Below the pieces are notes generated by a model, which saw only the letters and a list, made by a program, of their open reading frames with translations, was not told the DNA's origin and did no database searches. The position numbers were made by a program, and so were the translations under genes. Source: Candidatus Bathyarchaeota archaeon (GTDB taxonomy: Archaea > Thermoproteota > Bathyarchaeia > Bathyarchaeales > Bathycorpusculaceae). Taken from it: 26,566 bases of DNA. This document shows positions 1-7,973 of this stretch, piece by piece (the first letter of the stretch is position 1; the number at the start of each line of letters is the position of its first letter). The stretch lies in contig CAVZPM010000021.1 of the NCBI GenBank assembly GCA_963777155.1, forward strand, positions 1 through 26,566. The letters run 5' to 3'.

Positions 1-9
1 TTGGTTAGT

Positions 10-14
10 CCTCC
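10..14 (-). promoter_or_regulatory. Probable Shine-Dalgarno (GGAGG) of a minus-strand gene starting just left of the window
   Basis: The reverse complement of 1-20 reads TTTCTCGGAGGACTAACCAA; GGAGG lies 9 nt from the window edge. Confidence 0.35.
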
Positions 15-215
15 GAGAAAAGAGATGTCTTCTTGCCCTCTGTTGAATAGTTATGCTTTAGTGATCACAAATCTGTGTACTAAGAAGAAGACTGCAAAAA
101 GGTTAAACTATATTCTGAGTATGTATGGCTGCTTCATAATCATCATATATATCGATTATCGCAATACTGCTTATATTGAAATTTAAGGCCATATAGAATT
201 TAGGATGGAAAAGAT

Positions 216-362
216 TTGACGAATCTCTTCAGAAAATTTGAGCGAGGCTTAACGGTTCTAGCGATGGCACCATTAGTTAGCCTTGAAAAGAAAGAAAGCC
301 AAAGACGCATGGAAGAAAGATTAAGGCGTGCTGAAGATAAACTGGCAAGACGAGCAAGATAA
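216..362 (+). CDS. Small charged helical protein, 48 aa (not in ORF track)
   Basis: Manual translation from TTG216: MTNLFRKFERGLTVLAMAPLVSLEKKESQRRMEERLRRAEDKLARRAR*. Alternative ATG at 264. AT-rich TATA-like sequence at about 170-187. The stop lies 10 nt before the next ATG. Confidence 0.5.
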   Translation: MTNLFRKFERGLTVLAMAPLVSLEKKESQRRMEERLRRAEDKLARRAR

Positions 363-372
363 GGGGTCTAAA

Positions 373-558
373 ATGCAAACCATCAAGAGCACAAGGGAAA
401 TTCAAGAAATTCTGAACGACGCGAAAATAGATTTTGATTCAGCGGTTAATGCAGCTCTAAACGCTTATCTGCCCAAATTATTGATGACTTGTCCCTTCAC
501 AGATCAGCCCTGCAGTAAAAAACAATGCAACAACTGCGAATCAGCAAACCAAAAATAA
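373..558 (+). CDS. Small protein, 61 aa, with C-terminal Cys cluster (CPFTDQPCSKKQCNNC)
   Basis: Same frame as track ORF 328..558. ATG373 follows AAGGGG and avoids overlap with 216..362. It has four clustered Cys and an amphipathic helical N-terminal half. Confidence 0.6.
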   Translation: MQTIKSTREIQEILNDAKIDFDSAVNAALNAYLPKLLMTCPFTDQPCSKKQCNNCESANQK

Positions 559-752
559 TTAGTAATAACTTGAAATTATTCTAAGCCTACTTGAATTAAG
601 GCGCTTATTTTTTGGGGTTAAAAAAAGCAATATAGAAACTACAGATTTAGGAATGCACATCTTGGGATTTTTTTCTTGGTTGTTGTATTATGAATGTAGA
701 AGAAGAGCTCTTAAGAAATATTGTATATGTTTTTGAAATTGGAAGAAACTGC

Positions 753-2864
753 TTACTTGAAGAATCTGGAAAGGATGGGTAATGATCTAAATCTGCTATA
801 TTCAGGTGTAAGGCTTCTCCATGCGAATGCAGGTTTGTCCTCCTCATTCACTAAAGTGCGGTCTATTAGTCCTACTTTTTCAGCTTCTTGGAGTTCCAGT
901 TCCATTTGTTCGAGGTCAGTTGAAGAATCTGTGAGTTTGTCTAACTCCTTTGCTATACCTTGTGTGGTTGGGTTGCCCTGTTTTTTGGCGTTCACTACTG
1001 CTCTGATAATTCGCTGTTTCTGCGTTGATAATTTATTGTAAAGAGTCAGTAAGGACATTTTTTCTTGTAAGTTAACGAAGGCTCTATAGAACAAGAGCAC
1101 TACAAGCAACGCAATACTTCCAGCTGATAGAGCTAAGCCGTTTTGGCTAATTGTCAAGGCAATTGTTGTCCAGGTTTTTATGGGCTCCCAGTAATCGTTT
1201 ACAGCTTTCGCAATCGGCAAAAGCAATACTTCTGATTGTGTAACTTCATCCGCAGACTTTGGATACGCAACCAAACTTATTTTCACCTGTTTTTGCTGAG
1301 TTTGATTATTAACGTTAAATGTTGCTGTCTCATACCAGTAGAGGACAACTTGGGTTTGGTTGGTGCTGAGGTATTGGAAAGCAAAGTAGCGTCCGACGAT
1401 GGGTGGGTTGGCTTGGGTTTGGATATCAGTTAGGTCAAGTTGGGTGACTTTTGGTTGGAGTCCCTGGCTTATGGGGTAGTTTATGAGGCAGGTTTCCCAG
1501 CGGTGCAGAGGACCAGTGGTTTGGGCGAGTTCGAGAGCAACCCATATGGTTGGTTTGTTGGGTTCCGTTGAAGCGTAAGCGTAAACTAGGGAGGCGTCTT
1601 CACCTGAAAGCTGTTCAAAACTAGTATCTCGATAAACGTAGCTTAGGTTATAACCATCTATGTTTGGAAGGGGTAGGATTTTGGTGTCTGGTTGAAGCCC
1701 ACTCGGGGTTTGGATGAGGATTTGGGCGGGTCCTTCCGTTAACGCAAAGACTGGTGCTTGGATGCTTAGTAGAAGAGCAATTATTATGCCGATGCTTGCG
1801 ATTTTTGCTATGTCGGCTCGGCTAAGTTTTATTTTTGGCAGTTTGCCTATTTTTCCGCATGTTGGACAGAATTCTATGGTATCCGCAGGCATGGGGTTGC
1901 ATGTTGGGCAGGGTTGTTGGGGTTTGGGTTTTTTGATGAATTTTTCTGTTGTAACTAGAAGGATTAGGGTACCTATGAACATAAGTACCGTGGCGCCTAA
2001 GGCGTGGAAAACTTGGAGTGCCAATTGGTCTCCATAAGCGTTTCCGATCGCAAGTATCGTTGTAATACGTATTATATTTAAGACGATTATGAGCGGTATT
2101 CCAAGTAACAGGATTATGGGTTTACTCCAAAGTTTTCCTCTTGAAATGTAAGCGATAAAGACTGCGAATATAAGAAAGCCGACAAGACTGTAGACGCCCG
2201 AGCAAGCCACGTCTACGCTAAAGTTCATTATCGTTTGGTCGGCTCGTGTGATGGTTATTATTGGGCTGCCGTATTGGGCTGATATCGTGGATGCGATGCC
2301 GAAAACGTTGGCTAAGCCGTTTGAGGCATGGGCGCTTAGGTCGGAGAGGGTTGAACCTACGCTGTAGAGGATCTCGGTAGGTGGCGGTGTGAGGAAGAAT
2401 AGGAAGACGATAGGGAAGATGAGTTGTTTGAGGGTCTGTCCGTTAAAGAGTATTAGAATGAGTCCTGATGCTAAGACGGGTAGGGTAAGCATGTGGTATT
2501 CAATTGGTGTGAAGGTGTATGATCCAAACCAGTAAGCTAAGATGGCTGTTGTACAAAGCAAAACGCCCACAATTGGGGTGAAGTTTTTGGTGAAACTATT
2601 GGAAGCCGTATTAGGGTTGTTTTGACTTAAAGTGGCACTAACCATCTTCCTCTTTCTGTAAAGCAAATATCCAAACAGGACAGGTATCGCTAGAATATGG
2701 TAAGTTGCTTCATCGCTAAGTGCATTAATAAAGATTAAAGTTAAGTCTTGAAAATAAAACGCAATAACTGTTATAGCTATGACTGAAAATTTTATTGCTA
2801 CCGCTATCCTTTGTTGGTCTATTGCCAAATTCATCTTTTCTCTGGTTGGAAGTTTAGGTTGCAT
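753..2864 (-). CDS. Exosortase/archaeosortase-family transpeptidase with Zn-ribbon, EpsI-like and C-terminal wHTH-like domains
   Basis: Multi-TM N-terminal half with exosortase motifs: YHILAIP, FPIVFLFFLTPPP, catalytic VDVACSG (Cys), LNIIRI (Arg) and VFH (His). These are followed by CPTC-x10-CPTC, a TM, an EpsI-like region (LHRWETCL, VLYWY), another TM and a soluble helical tail. Confidence 0.88.
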   Translation of the reverse strand: MQPKLPTREKMNLAIDQQRIAVAIKFSVIAITVIAFYFQDLTLIFINALSDEATYHILAIPVLFGYLLYRKRKMVSATLSQNNPNTASNSFTKNFTPIVGVLLCTTAILAYWFGSYTFTPIEYHMLTLPVLASGLILILFNGQTLKQLIFPIVFLFFLTPPPTEILYSVGSTLSDLSAHASNGLANVFGIASTISAQYGSPIITITRADQTIMNFSVDVACSGVYSLVGFLIFAVFIAYISRGKLWSKPIILLLGIPLIIVLNIIRITTILAIGNAYGDQLALQVFHALGATVLMFIGTLILLVTTEKFIKKPKPQQPCPTCNPMPADTIEFCPTCGKIGKLPKIKLSRADIAKIASIGIIIALLLSIQAPVFALTEGPAQILIQTPSGLQPDTKILPLPNIDGYNLSYVYRDTSFEQLSGEDASLVYAYASTEPNKPTIWVALELAQTTGPLHRWETCLINYPISQGLQPKVTQLDLTDIQTQANPPIVGRYFAFQYLSTNQTQVVLYWYETATFNVNNQTQQKQVKISLVAYPKSADEVTQSEVLLLPIAKAVNDYWEPIKTWTTIALTISQNGLALSAGSIALLVVLLFYRAFVNLQEKMSLLTLYNKLSTQKQRIIRAVVNAKKQGNPTTQGIAKELDKLTDSSTDLEQMELELQEAEKVGLIDRTLVNEEDKPAFAWRSLTPEYSRFRSLPILSRFFK

Positions 2865-2998
2865 GCAACTACACGGTAGCTAGTTAGTTTTTTGGTATCA
2901 CATGGTTATTGGTAAATGTGTTTTTAAATGCATATTGTTTTTTTCGTAATAGAGAGGAAAAAGTGAAATGAGCAGACAACTGTTTAAGACTTAGTTGG

Positions 2999-3787
2999 TT
3001 AAAATCGCTTGGGATTTGGCAGTAGGCTATTTCGTTTCTTGAAGACTACAAAGCTTACTAAACAAGCGGCCAAGGCGGCGAGTGCGCCATAGGAATATTC
3101 TGGAATTACGGTTATATCTCCTCGACATGTTGTTGCTGCACTGCTAGCTTTGTAGTTGTTATCGCCGGCGAAGGCTGCTTTGATTACGTAGACCCCGTTT
3201 GGCAACTTATCGTCGGGGTTCCACTCGAAGCTATACGATCCCTGTGAGTCTGTATTTACAGTTGTAATTGGTTTATCTCCCGTCCCGTAGTTATACATTA
3301 AAATAATGGGCTCAAATGGCACACCTTGCAGGTTGCTTGTGAGTCTTCCAGTTATAGTGGTGATTTGGTTACCGATTTTGTTTACGGTTTTAGGGTAAGC
3401 GCTAACTGTTAGTTGGGTGTCTTTTAGCTTGACAAAGTTTGCCGTTATTGTGCCTGGACCATTGATTGTTGCTGTTGTTGTCGCTTTTAAGGGGTCTGCA
3501 ATTGTTATGGAGCCTGTTTTTGTCCATGATATAAAAGTGTAACTGTCCTTTTTTGCCGCGACGATGTTTATGGTTTGACCGTTATCGTACCAGTTGGTGC
3601 CAGAGGGAGAGGTTGTGCCTGAGTTGTGCGGATTGACTTTGAAGGTAACTTGATAGTGGGTTTTCCAGTTTGCCGTTGCACCAAAAGCCGACTGCACTTC
3701 CATAAACATAAAAGCAGCTAAGACTAAGAAAACTACAGATACGGCTAAGAAACTATGCCTTCTCCTCACATCAATTCCCATTCCCAC
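2999..3787 (-). CDS. Secreted cell-surface protein: InlB-B-repeat-like and Ig-like domains with a PEF-CTERM-like sorting signal (VIPEY-TM-KKR)
   Basis: N-terminal basic and hydrophobic signal peptide. YQVTF...SGTTSPSG..WY..G.....YTFISW...TITANF repeat. Ig-like T...G.YSF.W...G.Y.I.A.FAGD..Y..S region. C-terminus VIPEYSYGALAALAACLVSFVVFKKR. The start could be GTG3787 or ATG3781. Confidence 0.85.
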   Translation of the reverse strand: MGMGIDVRRRHSFLAVSVVFLVLAAFMFMEVQSAFGATANWKTHYQVTFKVNPHNSGTTSPSGTNWYDNGQTINIVAAKKDSYTFISWTKTGSITIADPLKATTTATINGPGTITANFVKLKDTQLTVSAYPKTVNKIGNQITTITGRLTSNLQGVPFEPIILMYNYGTGDKPITTVNTDSQGSYSFEWNPDDKLPNGVYVIKAAFAGDNNYKASSAATTCRGDITVIPEYSYGALAALAACLVSFVVFKKRNSLLPNPKRF

Positions 3788-3993
3788 AATAGGCTAAACT
3801 GATTGCTTATCTTATATTTAATGTACTATAGATTTGTTGGTTGCTTTTTCTATAGTAACTAATGAAATAAGATGTCTTTGAGTTTTTCTGCCATTCTTGT
3901 AGCTACTAATGAATTTTTTGAAGAGCTCAGACCAAACAACGCCAGAACAAAGAAGTGCAAGCACTAATAATTCCAAATCGTGCAGACTGAGAA

Positions 3994-4188
3994 TTATAAA
4001 CCCGTTTTCTTTCGAGTATATTTTCGCTTTTTGATAGTTAATGAGACTTTGTAGGGGAAATATTGCTTTGAAGACTTAATCTTCATGGTGCCTGACTCAC
4101 CCACAAACACCAGTGGATACTCCTGAACTAGAAGCTTCGCGAATTCTGCCAGAGCATTCATAGCCTGAGTAGTCTGATCTTTTTCCAA
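3994..4188 (-). CDS. Small hypothetical protein, 64 aa, with basic C-terminus
   Basis: Fills an intergenic gap divergent from polB. Composition is protein-like (helix, strands, KKRKYTRKK tail). Confidence 0.5.
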   Translation of the reverse strand: MEKDQTTQAMNALAEFAKLLVQEYPLVFVGESGTMKIKSSKQYFPYKVSLTIKKRKYTRKKTGL

Positions 4189-4325
4189 ATCAGAAGATAT
4201 CTATACCACCGCACATCCCTTATTCTCATCAATTCTTAAACATTGTTTTTAATTGTAAAAGAAATAGCAATGCTCGAGTAATTGAGAATCATTAGCAATC
4301 CAAAAGAGTAGGACTCAGATAACAG

Positions 4326-4331
4326 TTTAAA
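4326..4331 (+). promoter_or_regulatory. Candidate TATA box (TTTAAA) for polB
   Basis: TTTAAA lies about 37 nt upstream of GTG4368, with SD-like GGCGGT at 4357-4362. Confidence 0.35.
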
Positions 4332-4367
4332 GACGTTTTTGTATTATGTTTTTTGTGGCGGTTACTG

Positions 4368-6749
4368 GTGAAAATTTCTTTTTGGTTGCTGGACATTAAT
4401 CCCAAAATCGACAAGGACAAGGGCACAATTGAGCTATGGCTTTGGGGAATTGATGGCGCGGGTAATCGAGTCCTTATTGTTGACCGAAACTTTAATGCTT
4501 ACTTCTATGCCGTGGTGACGGAGGGTTTTGATGCCTCGAAGATTGTTGATACCGTCATGAAGGATTTTGGTCAATCAATTGTGAAAGTGAAAGTTGCCCC
4601 TCGTCGATTCTTTGGCAAACCTGTGACAGCAATAAAGGTTTACTGCAAGGTTGCAACTGAAATGGGCAAGGTCGCCAATCAACTTCGAAGCGTCGAAGGG
4701 GTGGCTTTTTGCCTCGAAGATGACTTTCGCGCTGCTATGCGGTACCTTATCGACAGTGGCATAGTTCCCTGCAGCTGGCACGAAGTCGATGTAGAGAGAG
4801 AAGAGAACGTAGGATGTGTGAGGGTTGCTGAGGTTTATGTGGCTAATTCACCGCCTGAACCTCTAGAAAATGTCTCAGTGCCACCTTTGAGGGTTCTGAG
4901 TTTCTCGATGATTTGTTACAGTCGTGAGGGTTCACCCAAACCCGAACGCAATCCTGTGTTAATCATTTCAACCGCAACCAGTAACGGCGAAGAAAAACAA
5001 TTCATCGCAAACGAAGATAGAGACGACAAACCTGTTATCGAAGCTTTCCTCGGTTATATTTGTCAGTTTGACCCAGACATTATCACGAGCTTCGGTGCCA
5101 ACACTGTAGACTGGACATACCTTAAAAGCAGAACCCGCAAACTAAAAATCAAATTGGAATTTGACCGAGCTAAAATGGAACCGCACACCGGCGTCTATGG
5201 CCATATTTCTACAACGGGTATTGCCAATGTCGACTTGGCCGATTTTATGGATGTCTTCCCAGAAGTTAAAGTGAAAACGCTTTGGAATCTTGCGAATCAT
5301 TTAGGCGTTATTAAAGACCAGCAGGATGTTATTGAGGATGTTTTGTTTGCAGATTATTGGGATGACAAGCAGAAACGTCCGTTGCTTTGTCGGTTTGGGA
5401 TGAATAGCGCCTGCAAAGTACAGGGTACCACGTCACTGCTTCTAGATTTTGCGATGCAGCTTGCGAGCTTAACAAGTTTGCCACTGGACCAAGTGATGAC
5501 AGCAGCTACGGGTTTCCGGGTCGAGTGGTTTCTAATCAAGCAGGCACAAAAAGTCGGCGAACTCACACCTAAACGCATCGAGCAACCCTACGTACCTTAT
5601 GCCGGTGGATTGGTTTTATCCCCTAAACCAGGTCTTCATGGAGATATCGCCGTTTTAGACTTCAAATCAATGTACCCAAACATAATGTTAACCTACAATA
5701 TCTCACCTGACACATACATTACACCAGAAGAACCTTCGCCGCCAGAAGGAGTTTTTGAAGCACCAGAGGTAGGGCACAGATTCCGCAGATCTCCGCCTGG
5801 ATTCTACACTGAAGCCCTCACATACCTAATCGGCGTAAGAAACACCATCCGCCAAAAAATGAAGACCATCAAGTTCGACTCTCTGGAATACCATGTGCTA
5901 GATGCAAGACAGAAAGTAGTTAAAATCATCACAAATGCTGCTTATGGTTATGCTGGCTGGATAGGTGCAAGATGGTACCTTAAACCTGTTGCTGAGGCTG
6001 CTTCAGCGTGGGGCAGGTATTCGATTTTAACAGCTGAAAAAATGTCTAAGCAAATTGGAATAGAAGTTGTGTATGGGGACACTGACAGTTTATTCCTCAA
6101 CTATGATCAAGTCAAGATTGAAGAATTAAAAAATCAGATTAAGCAAGAGCTCAAGTTGGATGTAGAAATCGGCGAGGTCTATAAGCGGATTTTCTTTACC
6201 GAAGCTAAGAAACGTTATGCGGGGTTGCGCCAGGATGGTAGCCTCGACATCGTGGGTTTGGAGGTTATTCGCGGCGACTGGGCTGAAGTAGCTAAAAAAG
6301 TACAGGAGCACGTATTAGAAATTATTCTAAAAGAGCAATCAGTAAAAAACGCAGTTGCTTATGTGCGTTCGATCATCACTGAATTGAAACTACATAAAAT
6401 TCCAGTTAAAGACCTAATAATTTGGAAAACGCTCACTAAAGCCCCAGAAGAATACGCTATAAAAGCTCCACATGTGGAAGCCGCAAAAATGCTTAAAGAA
6501 AAAGGCTGGCGCTTAACAAGCGGCGACAAAGTGGGCTATGTAATCCTTGCGGGAAAAGGACGTCTATACAATCGTGTGAAGCCGTATATCTTCGCCAAAT
6601 CCGAAGAAATAGATGTTGATTACTACATAACCAGCCAAGTGCTCCCTGCCGCCTCACGGATACTTGCGTTTTTCGACGTAACAGAAGCAGAATTGTTAAA
6701 AGAAGCTAAAGAAACAAAGGAAATTAGAAGTCTATTGGATTATGTTTAG
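4368..6749 (+). CDS. polB: Family B DNA polymerase (PolB3-like) with degenerate 3'-5' exonuclease motifs
   Basis: Polymerase motifs are intact: LDFKSMYPNI, KIITNAAYGY, YGDTDS, KKRYAG. C-terminal PIP-box-like IRSLLDYV. The ExoI/II/III positions read FSMIC / SFGANTVD / FGMNS. The start is placed at GTG4368 (the track used TTG4353). Confidence 0.95.
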   Translation: MKISFWLLDINPKIDKDKGTIELWLWGIDGAGNRVLIVDRNFNAYFYAVVTEGFDASKIVDTVMKDFGQSIVKVKVAPRRFFGKPVTAIKVYCKVATEMGKVANQLRSVEGVAFCLEDDFRAAMRYLIDSGIVPCSWHEVDVEREENVGCVRVAEVYVANSPPEPLENVSVPPLRVLSFSMICYSREGSPKPERNPVLIISTATSNGEEKQFIANEDRDDKPVIEAFLGYICQFDPDIITSFGANTVDWTYLKSRTRKLKIKLEFDRAKMEPHTGVYGHISTTGIANVDLADFMDVFPEVKVKTLWNLANHLGVIKDQQDVIEDVLFADYWDDKQKRPLLCRFGMNSACKVQGTTSLLLDFAMQLASLTSLPLDQVMTAATGFRVEWFLIKQAQKVGELTPKRIEQPYVPYAGGLVLSPKPGLHGDIAVLDFKSMYPNIMLTYNISPDTYITPEEPSPPEGVFEAPEVGHRFRRSPPGFYTEALTYLIGVRNTIRQKMKTIKFDSLEYHVLDARQKVVKIITNAAYGYAGWIGARWYLKPVAEAASAWGRYSILTAEKMSKQIGIEVVYGDTDSLFLNYDQVKIEELKNQIKQELKLDVEIGEVYKRIFFTEAKKRYAGLRQDGSLDIVGLEVIRGDWAEVAKKVQEHVLEIILKEQSVKNAVAYVRSIITELKLHKIPVKDLIIWKTLTKAPEEYAIKAPHVEAAKMLKEKGWRLTSGDKVGYVILAGKGRLYNRVKPYIFAKSEEIDVDYYITSQVLPAASRILAFFDVTEAELLKEAKETKEIRSLLDYV

Positions 6750-7927
6750 GCGGGTGGTATTGCGTCTTTGAATGTTATCAAATCAACGTTCAATGCGGGT
6801 TTGACTGCTTCGGAGACACGGGAAGCTACGATGCGTTTTATGTTCTTGTCGGCTGCGATGTCAACGATTCGTTGGGTGATGATGCCGTCGAAAACCACTG
6901 TGTTAACGCCCGTTACCTGTGAGAGTTTCTCTGCAAGCTGGCTGACTGGGAGACGTTCGATAAGTTCGAGTTTTTCGTTCAGCAGTACTGCTTCGAGAGT
7001 TCCAACCAGAGCTTTTGCAGCTTGAGTTATTGTGTCGGGGACTTCAATCTTGACACGTTCGGGAACCTGAATCTTCTTTGGAGGCGCTGGTGCTGGAGCC
7101 GGTTTTCCTGCCGCTTCAGAGATGGGCATCTTGTTTTCTATGGCTTCAGAGATTTCTTTGCAGTTGCATTCCTCGATCTCTTTACCCCTTGGAGCGCGAC
7201 CGACAAACTTTACGTTAGTTACTTGAATGAGCTCTTTTAGGATAAGGTCGCCGCCTCGGTCGCCATCAAGCAACGCGGTAGCTATTCGTTCTTTTGTGAT
7301 TTTCTTTATCGAATCAGGGACTTTTGCACCTTCCAAAGCAACAGTGTTAAAGATTCCACAACGCATCAAGTTGATGACATCAGCGCGTCCCTCAACAACA
7401 AAGATTTCTTTGGCGCCCTCCAATCCAGGTCCAGCCGGCAAGTCTTCTGGTCCATATTTTTCTACTTTACCTACTTTCATTGTGTCGCTGATTTCTTTGT
7501 ATACTTCGTCGACGCTTGGCATGGATTCGATATTCCATCGGTGGAGGATTTCTTTGGCGCGGTCAATGATTATTTTTCGGCGTGCCTCGCGAATGTCCTC
7601 AATTTTTTCCAGATTAACTTTTGCGGAACAGGGTCCAACACGGTTAATACTTTCAACGCTTGCAGCAATAAGAGCTGTAGAAACGCGGTCAAGGCTTGTT
7701 GGGATAGTTATTGAACCGTTGGTTCGGTCATTCTTTGAGTGTAGATCGATTTCGATCCTGCCGATACGCCCTGTTTTTTGAAGTTCGCGAAGGTCAAGTT
7801 CTGGACCAAAAAGTCCTTCTGTTTGACCAAAAACTGCTCCAATAACATCGGGTTTTTCAACTACACCTTCAATTTCAAATTTAGCGTGTACAACGTACTT
7901 AATCGTAAATGTTTGGGATGCTCCCGT
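6746..7927 (-). CDS. dnaG: Archaeal DnaG (TOPRIM; exosome-associated primase-like protein), about 393 aa, with a non-canonical start
   Basis: TOPRIM motifs VVEGRADV and DGDRGG. The frame continues without a stop upstream of ATG7522: (T/M)GASQTFTIKYVVHAKFEIEGVVEKPDVIGAVFGQTEGLFGPELDLRELQKTGRIGRIEI...RVGPC, which is the conserved archaeal DnaG N-terminus. The next in-frame stop upstream is TAA at 7972-7970. Confidence 0.93.
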   Translation of the reverse strand, partial: TGASQTFTIKYVVHAKFEIEGVVEKPDVIGAVFGQTEGLFGPELDLRELQKTGRIGRIEIDLHSKNDRTNGSITIPTSLDRVSTALIAASVESINRVGPCSAKVNLEKIEDIREARRKIIIDRAKEILHRWNIESMPSVDEVYKEISDTMKVGKVEKYGPEDLPAGPGLEGAKEIFVVEGRADVINLMRCGIFNTVALEGAKVPDSIKKITKERIATALLDGDRGGDLILKELIQVTNVKFVGRAPRGKEIEECNCKEISEAIENKMPISEAAGKPAPAPAPPKKIQVPERVKIEVPDTITQAAKALVGTLEAVLLNEKLELIERLPVSQLAEKLSQVTGVNTVVFDGIITQRIVDIAADKNIKRIVASRVSEAVKPALNVDLITFKDAIPPA

Positions 7928-7973
7928 AAATATGCACTTCCTATGTGAGTTATGTTCTAATTGATTATGTTAA

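Noticed and set aside
1-186. Track ORF of 61 aa
   Set aside because: It spans an AT-rich divergent promoter region, starts at the window edge and has no recognisable motif.
328-372. GTG328 start for the Cys-rich small protein
   Set aside because: It overlaps the 216..362 ORF; ATG373 has better context.
647-2037. Track ORFs 647..847, 721..1041, 1236..1433 and 1714..2037
   Set aside because: They are shadow frames overlapping the sortase gene.
3745-3770. RRRHSFL as a Tat signal
   Set aside because: The spacing does not fit S/T-R-R-x-F-L, and there is no cofactor cargo; a Sec signal is more likely.
6768-7781. Plus-strand ORFs including 7227..7781 (184 aa)
   Set aside because: They are antisense shadows of full-length dnaG.
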